A DNA stretch of 64,000 bases, from assembly GCA_041690395.1 (NCBI GenBank), contig JAWLHJ010000001.1, positions 672,001 through 736,000 on the forward strand, written 5' to 3'. The notes under the pieces are model-generated. The model was not told the origin of the DNA and did no database searches. It saw nothing but the letters and a program-made list of their open reading frames with translations. This document shows positions 17,689 to 26,077 of this stretch, piece by piece. Origin of the DNA: Longimicrobiales bacterium. GTDB lineage: Bacteria; Gemmatimonadota; Gemmatimonadetes; Longimicrobiales; Gaopeijiaceae. Positions within the stretch are counted from its first letter, which is position 1. Every line of letters begins with the position of its first letter. The position numbers were made by a program, and so were the translations under genes.

Positions 17689-19833
17689 TCAGCTCGCAGC
17701 AGGCCGATCGACCGGAAGCCAGATCCGGAAGCGGCTGCCGCGGTCCACGTCGCTCTCGACCTCGATCCGGCCTCCGATCTGCCGGACGATACCGTACACC
17801 GTGGCCAGCCCGAGGCCGGTGCCCCGACCCTCTCCCTTCGTGGTGAAGAACGGCTCGAAGATTCGTCCCTTCGTGGCCGTATCCATCCCCGTCCCGTCGT
17901 CCTCCACGGTGAGGAGTACGGCCGGGTCGGCTCCGTTCCCGCCGCCCAGCGAAGCGCTCGAGAGGGCCGTCGTGATCTGGATCGAGCCGCCGCCCGGAAG
18001 GGCGTCCCGGGCGTTCAGCACCAGGTTCATGACGACCTGCTCCAACCGGCTCGGGTCCGCGTGGATGGGTGGCAGGTCGGGTTCGAGCGACGTCTCCAGC
18101 ACGATGTCCGCGCCGATCAGACGTCGCAGCATGGCGTCCAGGTCCGAGACCAGCGCGTTCACGTCGACGTCCTGCGTCTCGGTGGTGTCGGAGCGGCTGA
18201 AGGCCAGAAGCTGTCGGGTGAGTGCCGCCGCCCGGTCCCCCGCTTCCTTGATCTGCTCGAGGTCCGGACGCACGGGGCTGAGGCCCGGGAGCCCCTCGTC
18301 GATCAGCTCGGCGTTGGCCGTGATCACGGTCAGGAGATTGTTGAAGTCGTGCGCGATGCCGCCGGCCAGACGCCCGATCGCCTCCATCTTCTGGGTCTGG
18401 TGCAGCTCCCGGTCCCGGCGGAGCTCCTCGGTCACGTCGTCGACGATCATCTCGAGCGCCTCCGAGCCGTCTTCGGTTCGGACGCGCTTCCCGTCGATGC
18501 GTACCACGATCGTCTGGCCGTCGGCGCGCTTCCATTCCGCGATGAAGCCCTCGATGGAGCCCTCCGCGAGGCAGGTCGCGAGCATGATGTCGTGCTGGTC
18601 CGGATCGCGGAACCGGTCGATGATCGGCGCGTCGCGGATCGCGCGGATCTCGGTGTACCCGAGCATGGCCGCCAGCGCCGGATTCGCCTCCAGGATCCAC
18701 CCTTCCGGAGTCGAGACGAAGATGCCGAAGACGGCCTCGTTGAAGATCGAAGCGTACCGCTCGAGCGCCCGGCGCTCCGCCGCTTCCGCGGCCTGGCGCT
18801 CGACGAGCGTGCGGTTGAACTGCTCGACGACGGCGCTGACCTCGGTGGGCGTGCCGGCGGGCAGGGGCACGAGACGACCGTGGCTCACCTCCCGCGTGCG
18901 CTCGACCAGACGGGAGAACGATCGGGCGATCTGACGGTACGAGAGCGTCGCGACCAGGATGCCCAGGAGGAGGAAGACCGCCGTGACTCCCACCCGGCGA
19001 AGCGCCTGCCTGAGTGCCGGACCGTTGACGGTGGCTTCCGGAACGCCGACGTAGATCTCCCAGTCGAGTCCCTCGACCGGCGCGATGCCCCAAGCTCGTT
19101 GGATGTTCTCCGCGTCGGGACCGGACACGACCCAGCCCCCCGAGCCTATCACGCGCTCCTCGTTCTCGGGTGTAGGCAGGAACTGGCCGGCCCACGCCGC
19201 GGCGTCGGAGGAGCGCGTGATCACCTGGAGGTCCGTGGTCGCGATGGTGATCAGGTGTCCCTCCTCCAGCACCACCCCACGGGCGAGGCTCTGGAACTCG
19301 GAGAGCGGGATGAGGCCGACGAGGGCCGCCAGCTCTTCACCGGCAACGACCTCCACCGGGACGGCGATCGGCAGCACCCAGGAGCCGAGCAGGAGGTCGT
19401 GGGCCGGCTGACCCACCCTGAACGACGCTGCCGACTCGGCAGGCGGCCAACCGTCGTCCATGAGGCTCGACAGGTCGGGAGGGGGCGACGCAGCGCATTG
19501 GAGTGTCCCGTCGGGTGCGAGGAGCGCCGTGTTCACGAAGTACGGCAGGACCTCCGTGAGCGTACGGACGACGTTCTCGCAGCCGCCCGGCTCCTCGAAG
19601 CGATAGGGTCGCTCGCGTGACACGCCCTCGAGGAGCTCACCCGTGGTGACGAGGAACTGCTCCACGCTCAGGCTCACCCGCTCCGCGACCGCGAGCGCCT
19701 CCATCTGCGCTCGCTCCGTGGCGTCGCGGTACGCCTGGAACCCCCACCATGCCTCCAACACGATCGCGGGGACCGCGAGCGCGAGGACGAGCACGACCAG
19801 GTGGCCGCGAAGGGATTGGGGGCGGACGGGCAT
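17689..19833 (-). CDS. sensor histidine kinase (TM - Cache-like - TM - HAMP - PAS - HisKA - HATPase)
   Basis: QKMEAIGRLAGGIAHDFNNLL, QVVMNLVLNARDA, DDGTGM, FEPFFTTK, GTGLGL; no C-terminal receiver. Confidence 0.93.
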   Translation of the reverse strand: MPVRPQSLRGHLVVLVLALAVPAIVLEAWWGFQAYRDATERAQMEALAVAERVSLSVEQFLVTTGELLEGVSRERPYRFEEPGGCENVVRTLTEVLPYFVNTALLAPDGTLQCAASPPPDLSSLMDDGWPPAESAASFRVGQPAHDLLLGSWVLPIAVPVEVVAGEELAALVGLIPLSEFQSLARGVVLEEGHLITIATTDLQVITRSSDAAAWAGQFLPTPENEERVIGSGGWVVSGPDAENIQRAWGIAPVEGLDWEIYVGVPEATVNGPALRQALRRVGVTAVFLLLGILVATLSYRQIARSFSRLVERTREVSHGRLVPLPAGTPTEVSAVVEQFNRTLVERQAAEAAERRALERYASIFNEAVFGIFVSTPEGWILEANPALAAMLGYTEIRAIRDAPIIDRFRDPDQHDIMLATCLAEGSIEGFIAEWKRADGQTIVVRIDGKRVRTEDGSEALEMIVDDVTEELRRDRELHQTQKMEAIGRLAGGIAHDFNNLLTVITANAELIDEGLPGLSPVRPDLEQIKEAGDRAAALTRQLLAFSRSDTTETQDVDVNALVSDLDAMLRRLIGADIVLETSLEPDLPPIHADPSRLEQVVMNLVLNARDALPGGGSIQITTALSSASLGGGNGADPAVLLTVEDDGTGMDTATKGRIFEPFFTTKGEGRGTGLGLATVYGIVRQIGGRIEVESDVDRGSRFRIWLPVDRPAAS

Positions 19834-19942
19834 CCGGAATGGCGGGGTGCGGGTCGGGGCCGACGGTCACCCCCAATCTACCTCTACCCGGACCCACGAG
19901 CCACGCGCTGAGGCGCGTCCCGCCCGGTGGGAGAAGCTCGGG

Positions 19943-20752
19943 TCAGCCCCCGCGCGGCGGCGTGGTGGCGGGCGGCGGTCCCCCTCCGGGCCGGTCTCCG
20001 AGGTCGGGCCGCCCTGGCCGCGCGCCACCGGCGGGTCCCACGGGAACCGGGATGCCCGATGGCGGCCCGGCCGGTCCCGCGCCGCCGGAGGAGAACGGTC
20101 CGGCCGGCGGATCGAAGGGGGGGGCGCCGCGAGGACCGCCACCTGCCGCCGGGGGGAGGTCCGCCAGAAAGCCCGCGTCGTCCGCTCTGGCGGCGAGGCG
20201 GTCGAGCACCGTGCCGAGCGCCTGATCCGCGGGCAGTCCGCGCTGCGCGAGCCCGCCGAGCACGAGAAGCGGCACCTCCAGGGCGCGTCCCGCGGGGCGG
20301 GACCGGGCCAGAGCCGAGACCGCCTCGGCGTCGGCGCCCATGCGCATGGCCAGCCCGGCCGCTTCGATCTCGGCCGGGGTCGACGTGCCGCCGGCGCCGG
20401 TGAGCGCTTCCCGAGCGCGCTCGAGCATCCCGAGCTGGAGGTCCAGCGCCCGCACCACCTCCTCCGCGCTGCGGCCCTTCGCCACACCCTGCAGCGCGAG
20501 GTCGGCGAGCGGACGGGCCGGGAGCGCCCGCCCCTCGGCGGTGGCGATACGCTCCAGGACCACGGCTTCGACGTCCGCCGGAAGGCGTCCGGCGAGCCTG
20601 GCGGCCTGGTCGCCGGCCTGCGCAGCGAGGGGAAGGCCCGTGATGGCCATGATCGCGACAGCCACGATCGGCGCGAAGGCAGTTCGCGCGGCGCGCGGCA
20701 CGAGCGTCGTGTGCCGGTGGGTCGGGCGGTGTATGTCGATGCCGTGCATCAT
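19943..20752 (-). CDS. exported alpha-helical hypothetical protein with a Pro/Gly-rich tail; paralog of 22011-22724
   Basis: GAGGA SD before ATG; signal peptide ending LAAQ; LPARPLADLALQGVAKGRS...SRPAGRALEVPLLVLGGLAQRGLP. Confidence 0.75.
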   Translation of the reverse strand: MMHGIDIHRPTHRHTTLVPRAARTAFAPIVAVAIMAITGLPLAAQAGDQAARLAGRLPADVEAVVLERIATAEGRALPARPLADLALQGVAKGRSAEEVVRALDLQLGMLERAREALTGAGGTSTPAEIEAAGLAMRMGADAEAVSALARSRPAGRALEVPLLVLGGLAQRGLPADQALGTVLDRLAARADDAGFLADLPPAAGGGPRGAPPFDPPAGPFSSGGAGPAGPPSGIPVPVGPAGGARPGRPDLGDRPGGGPPPATTPPRGG

Positions 20753-20798
20753 GTCGATTCCTCTGGGTCCCTGTGGGACGGTCGCGTCGTGCTCACCC

Positions 20799-20828
20799 TG
20801 AACACTCGGCGGGCGGCCATTCGGTCAC
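20799..20828 (-). promoter_or_regulatory. candidate ECF sigma promoter, copy 1 (GTGACC-N15-GAGTGTTCA)
   Basis: Same bipartite motif, spacing and orientation as 24945-24974; 46 nt upstream of the 20752 start. Confidence 0.65.
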
Positions 20829-20875
20829 CGCCGATCGGCGCGCCGTATGCGAACAGCGACGTCCACGGCACGCCG

Positions 20876-22015
20876 TCACGGCTCGTCTCTCACGATCAGG
20901 ATCCCGACCTCCCCGCCGAAGCCGTCGTCCGTGGCCGGAACGCCGTCGGGCACGATCCAGCGCATCCCGTCGACCCGGAGGTTGAAACGATAGATCCCCG
21001 GCTCGAGGCCGGCCGGCAGGATCCAACGGCCGTCGTCGTCCCTCCGCAGGGGCTCCGGCGTCCAGTCGTTCCAGTCTCCCGCGACCTCGACCGATCGCGC
21101 TCCCTGGACGCGAAATCCGATGGAGCCGGCCGCGGCACGCTCGCTGCTGAAGAATAGGGGCGCGCGTGTCGACGGGTCGGGTAGGGGGCGGATGCGCCGG
21201 CTCGTGAGCCGGAATCCGATGCCGACGAAGCTGCCACCCGGCAGGCCTTGCAGCACGTCGGGGCCGTACCGCCCGCCGGATACGACGAGCGCCGCGGTCG
21301 GAAGGATCCACACGGCCGCGGTCGCGCCCGCCCATGCCTCCTCGTCGATCCCGGCGTTCCCCGAAGCCGCCCGCCATCCGGCGAACGCGGTCAGGTCGAC
21401 GCGCTCGGAAGACACCGACAGGCTCGACGACAGCTCGTGGAACCGCTGCCCGAAGACGCTCGGAGCCTGGTACCCGACCGTCGCGCGGGCCGCTCGATGG
21501 CGCGCCCAGGCGCCTACGCCCGTTACGACCCCGCTCGTCCCGCCGGAGTCGGCGGCGCTCTCCGACCGGGTCGCGCCGAGGCCGACCCAGCCACCGACGG
21601 TGCCGGCGATCCAGTGCGCCCTGACGTCACCCCGGGCCAGGTAGGTGTCGAAGCCGCTCGAGTGTCGGGAGGCGTTCCCTGCGCCGGCGAGCTCGAAGTG
21701 CAGCGGCGTACCCTCGAACGGCGCCAGCCAGGCGCTCAGGTCTCCTCCGACCTGGACCGTCCAGCCCGCGTCCTGGAAACCCGTGACGCCGGCCGACAAG
21801 CGGCCGAGCACATCGGAGCCCCGCCACTCGAGGAGGCCGGAGAGGGACGGGGAGTTGAGCGCCTGCAAGCTGTCGTAACGCACCCGGCTCGCACTGGCGT
21901 TGGCTTCCCAACGGGGCGACTGTGCGTGGATCGCACCGCTTCCGAGGGTGCAGGCGGTCGCGAGCAGGAAGAGGGCGCGGCGCGTGGTGGGGCCGCCGAG
22001 GACGATCCGGCTAAT
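20876..22015 (-). CDS. exported beta-strand-rich (outer-membrane-barrel-like) protein with a C-terminal glycogen-binding CBM48/AMPK-beta-like domain; probable ATT start
   Basis: C-terminus GARSVEVAGDWNDW...LEPGIYRFNLRVDG.RW...DDGFGG. The frame extends 44 codons upstream of the GTG at 21883 through a signal peptide (RRALFLLATACTLGSGAIHAQ) to ATT at 22015. Confidence 0.75.
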   Translation of the reverse strand: MSRIVLGGPTTRRALFLLATACTLGSGAIHAQSPRWEANASASRVRYDSLQALNSPSLSGLLEWRGSDVLGRLSAGVTGFQDAGWTVQVGGDLSAWLAPFEGTPLHFELAGAGNASRHSSGFDTYLARGDVRAHWIAGTVGGWVGLGATRSESAADSGGTSGVVTGVGAWARHRAARATVGYQAPSVFGQRFHELSSSLSVSSERVDLTAFAGWRAASGNAGIDEEAWAGATAAVWILPTAALVVSGGRYGPDVLQGLPGGSFVGIGFRLTSRRIRPLPDPSTRAPLFFSSERAAAGSIGFRVQGARSVEVAGDWNDWTPEPLRRDDDGRWILPAGLEPGIYRFNLRVDGMRWIVPDGVPATDDGFGGEVGILIVRDEP

Positions 22016-22724
22016 CGTCGGCCCCTCCCGGCGGGCCGCGCCCGGGCGGGGGGCCGCGGCCTTCGGGGGGACCCGGGATGTTCAGGTCCCGGAGCGCGCG
22101 CTCGAGCGCTTCGGGCGGTCCCACTCCCGGCCGGGCCGCGCCGTCGAAGCGTCCCGGGATCTGCGCCGCGCGGTCGAGAGGTACTCCGGCGTCCAGGACA
22201 TGACGCATGAGCGCCGACGCCCCGGCGGCGGGGACCCCCCGGCGTACGAGCTCGGCGAGCACGGTGACCGGGATCTCGAGGGACTGCCCGACCGGGCGGG
22301 CGTTCCACAGCTCGACCAGCGCGTCGTCCGGAACGCCCTGCTGGCGGGCGAGCGCGGCGGCGGTCAGCTCTTCACCACCGATGGCGACGGCGGGGAGTCG
22401 AGCGCGTAAGGTGGAGCGGGTCGCCCGCAGGTCGTCCGAGAGCCGTCCGACCACCTGGGCGATCATCCCCGCCGGACGGTTCTTCGCAGCGCCCTCCAGG
22501 ATTTTCGCCCTCAAGGGGGCCACGGGCAGGGAATCACGGACCGCCGCCTCCAGCACCGGAGTGACCATCGCGAGTGTCTCGGCGTCGACGCGCGCCTGGA
22601 GCATCGCGTCCTGGGCGGCGGCGGCCGTCGGGCCGCCACCGATCACCGCCAGAGCCAGCGCCACGGTGAGGGCGCGCGACACGGATGCGTACCCCGTGGT
22701 CAGCGGCGGACACTCGAGTCTCAC
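22011..22724 (-). CDS. exported alpha-helical hypothetical protein; paralog of 19943-20752
   Basis: Signal peptide ending AAAAQ; LPVAPLRAKILEGAAKNRP...ARPVGQSLEIPVTVLAELVRRGVP. Start uncertain (GTG 22724 or slightly downstream). Confidence 0.72.
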   Translation of the reverse strand: MRLECPPLTTGYASVSRALTVALALAVIGGGPTAAAAQDAMLQARVDAETLAMVTPVLEAAVRDSLPVAPLRAKILEGAAKNRPAGMIAQVVGRLSDDLRATRSTLRARLPAVAIGGEELTAAALARQQGVPDDALVELWNARPVGQSLEIPVTVLAELVRRGVPAAGASALMRHVLDAGVPLDRAAQIPGRFDGAARPGVGPPEALERALRDLNIPGPPEGRGPPPGRGPPGGADD

Positions 22725-22726
22725 GG

Positions 22727-23323
22727 TCAGGCCTCGCCGGCCGCCGAGACGATGACCACGCTGTTCGTCTGCCCGAAGCCGTCGTCCACCTGCGAGACCG
22801 CGTGCGGATCGGGCCGCCACTCGGTGCCGTCGACGATGAACGTGTACTGGTAGACACCCGGCTCCAGGGGCACGTCCACGGTCCAGACGCCCGTGCCCCG
22901 CTGATCCTCGAGCCGCACGCCCTCCGGATCCCAGGACACGAAGTCGCCGGTCATGCGTACCGAGCTCGCGCCGGGCGCGACGAAGACGAAGCGGGTGACG
23001 TGGTCGGCGGCGGGCATCTGCCGGCCCGCGGCTACCGCCACTCCGTCTCCGGACGTCGGTCCGACCGGATTCACCTCAGCGGGGTCTCCGCGAAGGAGGA
23101 GCACCAGGGCGAGACCGGCGAACGCCAGCCCCCCCGCGGTCACGGGCGTCATCTGGACGGTCCGGGGCCGCAGAAGCCAGTCCATTGCACGCTTCCATAC
23201 CGGGTCCGGGATCTCCCTCACCCGATCCATGACGTTCGCTCTGAGCTCGGGCGGAGCGCGGAAGTCCTCCCGCAGCTGGCCGAGCACGTCGCGCACGCGT
23301 GCGTCCCGATCGTTGTCGTTCAT
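22727..23323 (-). CDS. anti-sigma-like membrane protein with an extracytoplasmic glycogen-binding CBM48/AMPK-beta-like domain
   Basis: GGAGGT SD and ATGA overlap with the sigma gene; short N-terminal helix region, one TM (GGLAFAGLALVLLL), then FVFVAPGASSVRMTGDFVSW...LEPGVYQYTFIVDGTEWRPDP...DDGFGQTNSV. Confidence 0.8.
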   Translation of the reverse strand: MNDNDRDARVRDVLGQLREDFRAPPELRANVMDRVREIPDPVWKRAMDWLLRPRTVQMTPVTAGGLAFAGLALVLLLRGDPAEVNPVGPTSGDGVAVAAGRQMPAADHVTRFVFVAPGASSVRMTGDFVSWDPEGVRLEDQRGTGVWTVDVPLEPGVYQYTFIVDGTEWRPDPHAVSQVDDGFGQTNSVVIVSAAGEA

Positions 23324-23883
23324 CGTTCCACCTCCACGAAGAGGGGGGCGAGCACGCGCTCCAGGGCGTCCCGTCCCCGCTTGAGCCGCATCTTGACCGC
23401 GGAGCTGGATGCTCCCGTCAGCTCCTCGATCTCGGCCACCGAATATCCTTCCAGGTACATCAGGACCAACGCCTCGCGCTGGTCGGCCGGCACCTCGTCC
23501 AACGCCTCCCGGACCCGGTCGCGGGTCAACGCATCGTCCAACCGTTCCTCGGGACCCGGGAGCTCGGAACGGAGCCCCGGTTGATGATCCTCCAGCGGCT
23601 CCGCCTTCTTGCTCGCCGTCCGCGTCGCCGCGGTCCGGCACAGGTTGCTCACGATCCGGAAGAGCCATCCGCCGAAGCGCTCGGGGTCTCCGCAGCGACG
23701 CAGGTGCCGGAACGCTCGCACGAACCCGTCCTGTACGATGTCCATCGCCTCGTCGGGTCCGAATCCCATGTGCCTCGCATAGGCCATCATGCGGTCCTGA
23801 TGCCGATCGACCAGAGTCCCGAACGCCTCCCGATCGCCCGAGAGGACTCGCGCCACGACGTCTGCGTCGGATGTTTGGCTCAT
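23320..23883 (-). CDS. ECF RNA polymerase sigma factor
   Basis: GDREAFGTLVDRHQ, AMDIVQDGFVRAF, FGGWLFRIVSN (region 2); VPADQREALVLMYLEGYSVAEI...SAVKMRLKRGR (region 4). Confidence 0.95.
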   Translation of the reverse strand: MSQTSDADVVARVLSGDREAFGTLVDRHQDRMMAYARHMGFGPDEAMDIVQDGFVRAFRHLRRCGDPERFGGWLFRIVSNLCRTAATRTASKKAEPLEDHQPGLRSELPGPEERLDDALTRDRVREALDEVPADQREALVLMYLEGYSVAEIEELTGASSSAVKMRLKRGRDALERVLAPLFVEVER

Positions 23884-23968
23884 GGGCCGAATGTGGCCTA
23901 CGACGGCCGGGTCCGCACCCCCTTCCGGGGCACGAACCCGACCGGTCGTCGGCCTCGGACGGGTCGGG

Positions 23969-24883
23969 TTACGACCCGCTCGGTACGAGCGTGAAGTCGA
24001 CACCCGTCTCTTCCTCGCCATCCACCAGCTCCACGGAGGTCTCCGCCGGATCGGCGGTCAGACCCTCACCGGCGTCGTCGATCGACACGGCGTACGCCCC
24101 CGGGACCAGGAAGTGGATCGTGTAGTCACCATTCTCGTCGGTCACCGCAGTGCCGGTCTGGCTCTGGTACTCCTCGAGTGAGCCCTCGTCGGTCGGCTCG
24201 GCCGTGACGACCAGCCCGGCGATCGACGCGCCCTCGACGGTCGTCGAGACGGTGCCTGAGACGCTCGCGGCCACGTCCTGCACGACCACGCGAATGGTGG
24301 GCTTGAAGAGGATGTCGTTGATGCCGGCCGCGGCTTCGGGGTCACCCTGGATCACGAAGCTCTGGTTGACGTCGAAGTCCAGAATCAGCACGGTCTCGCC
24401 GGCGGCGATGGTCACCGGACCGCCGTGGTCATCACCGGCGCTGCCGGCCAGGTTCAGCTTGATACCCGTCTGGGCGCCGCTCGGGACGAACAGGCTCTTC
24501 GAGGTCGATCCGTCGTCGAACGTGTACCCCTCGGCCAGCGCCACCCGGGCCTCCTCCACGATCAGGCGCAGCTGGTTGTAGTCGCCGGCGGGAATGTCCG
24601 CGTCCGCCAGCAGCGTGGTGGCGGTCCCCTGCAGGTCGAGCAGATCGACGAAGCCGTCGGTGCCGTCGACGGAGAGGACCACGGGGCCTCCGTCACCGGC
24701 GGGGATCAGCTCCACCGCGCCGATGTCGACCCAGGCCGAGTCGACGTAGTCCGACGGCGCGTCCGTCAACAGCACGCGCACCGAAGCGTCACCATCGACG
24801 CCGACGCCGTCACCGCAGGCGGCGAGGCCGGTCGCGAGAAGAAGGGTGGCGCCGAGCAGCTTGGCGAGTTTCGTACCGAACAT
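23969..24883 (-). CDS. DUF4382 lipoprotein with a C-terminal transthyretin-like/carboxypeptidase-regulatory domain
   Basis: AGGAG SD; lipobox GLAAC; VLLTDAP, VDLLDL, YNQLRL, VPSGAQTGIK, LDFDVNQSFV, FKPTIR; TDENGDYTIHFLVPGAY. Confidence 0.85.
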   Translation of the reverse strand: MFGTKLAKLLGATLLLATGLAACGDGVGVDGDASVRVLLTDAPSDYVDSAWVDIGAVELIPAGDGGPVVLSVDGTDGFVDLLDLQGTATTLLADADIPAGDYNQLRLIVEEARVALAEGYTFDDGSTSKSLFVPSGAQTGIKLNLAGSAGDDHGGPVTIAAGETVLILDFDVNQSFVIQGDPEAAAGINDILFKPTIRVVVQDVAASVSGTVSTTVEGASIAGLVVTAEPTDEGSLEEYQSQTGTAVTDENGDYTIHFLVPGAYAVSIDDAGEGLTADPAETSVELVDGEEETGVDFTLVPSGS

Positions 24884-24944
24884 GTGTGATCTCCTGGAAC
24901 TTCAAGACGTAAGGTCGTGCTCGATGTCGTTCGGGGGTTCGTCT

Positions 24945-24974
24945 TGAACACTCACCCGGCGTAGAGTTGGTCAC
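24945..24974 (-). promoter_or_regulatory. candidate ECF sigma promoter, copy 2 (GTGACC-N15-GAGTGTTCA)
   Basis: Same bipartite motif as 20799-20828; 61 nt upstream of the DUF4382 start. Confidence 0.65.
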
Positions 24975-25008
24975 ATATGCACCAGCTGCATCAGCCCAGG
25001 AAGCCGAC

Positions 25009-25527
25009 ATGATCGACGCAGCGCCCGAGCCCGAGGGTTTCGACGTCTCAGACGTACGCACGTCCTCCCCGGACCTGCACGGCGCCGTGCGCCGCGCGCG
25101 TTGGATCAGTCGCGTGCTCGACGACCTGGTCCGTGTTCCCGGAACGGAGCGGCGGATCGGGCTCGATCCGTTCTTCGGGCTGCTGCCCGGGCTCGGTGAC
25201 TGGGTGCCGCTGCTGGTCTCCTTCGACCTGTTGGTGTCCGCGGCGCGTCTCGGGGCCGGGTCCGCCGTCCTCGCGCGTATGCTCGGCAACATCGTGCTCG
25301 ACGCCCTGATCGGGACCGTTCCGCTCGCCGGCGACCTGTTCGATCTGGGGTGGAAGGCAAATCGCCGGAATCTGGCGCTCCTCGAGGACGTCGTGGCCGA
25401 CCGCGACGGGACCCGCCGTCGCAGCCGCAGGCTGGTCGGGGCGGTGCTGGCCGGTGCGGCGGCCGTGGTGCTCGCGGGCGTGTGGGCCGGATGGGTCGTC
25501 CTGCGCTGGTTGATCGGGGTTCTCTGA
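25009..25527 (+). CDS. DUF4112 membrane protein
   Basis: LDDLVRVPGTERRIGLDPFFGLLPGLGD...RMLGNI...VPLAGDLFDLGWKANRRN. Confidence 0.88.
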   Translation: MIDAAPEPEGFDVSDVRTSSPDLHGAVRRARWISRVLDDLVRVPGTERRIGLDPFFGLLPGLGDWVPLLVSFDLLVSAARLGAGSAVLARMLGNIVLDALIGTVPLAGDLFDLGWKANRRNLALLEDVVADRDGTRRRSRRLVGAVLAGAAAVVLAGVWAGWVVLRWLIGVL

Positions 25528-25673
25528 GGTATCCCCGGCGGTGGCCGCGGCCCGCGGGCCTGATTCCAACCCGCCGGGGCCCGCCGGAGTCCGATGTGTT
25601 GCGAGCCGTCGGGTCCTCGCAGTGCGTCGGGCCCGTTCCCAACTGTTCCGAAACCGGGACGCCGCTCGGCTCG

Positions 25674-25696
25674 TATACATAAGAGTTATATGGGTA
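25674..25696. promoter_or_regulatory. probable PadR operator/promoter
   Basis: AT-rich imperfect palindrome TATACATA-N7-TATGGGTA about 42 nt upstream of padR. Confidence 0.5.
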
Positions 25697-25738
25697 TGAC
25701 TTCGATGGCCCGCTGACCATCGACCCGGGGACCTGAAC

Positions 25739-26077
25739 ATGGCCGACACTTCGATGGAGCTCCTCAAGGGGACGCTCGACATCCTGATCCTCAAGACCCT
25801 CAGCCGGGGGGCGATGCACGGCTACGGGGTCTCGCGCTCCCTGCGGGACACGAGTCGTGACGCGTTCCAGGTCCAGGAGGGCGCCCTGTATCCGGCGCTC
25901 AGACGCCTCGAGGGGCGGGGCCTGCTGGAGTCCCGCTGGGACACGACCGACACCGGGCGTGAGGCCAAGTTCTACACGCTGACCCCGGAGGGAGAGCAGG
26001 AGCTCGAGCGGAGCGTGCGGTCCTGGCGGAGCTACGTGGAGGCGATGGCGCAGGTGCTGGGAGGCGCCGAAGCGTGA
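25739..26077 (+). CDS. PadR family transcriptional regulator
   Basis: [14 protein letters not shown]...MHGYGV...[12 protein letters not shown]...KFYTLT. Confidence 0.95.
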   Translation: MADTSMELLKGTLDILILKTLSRGAMHGYGVSRSLRDTSRDAFQVQEGALYPALRRLEGRGLLESRWDTTDTGREAKFYTLTPEGEQELERSVRSWRSYVEAMAQVLGGAEA

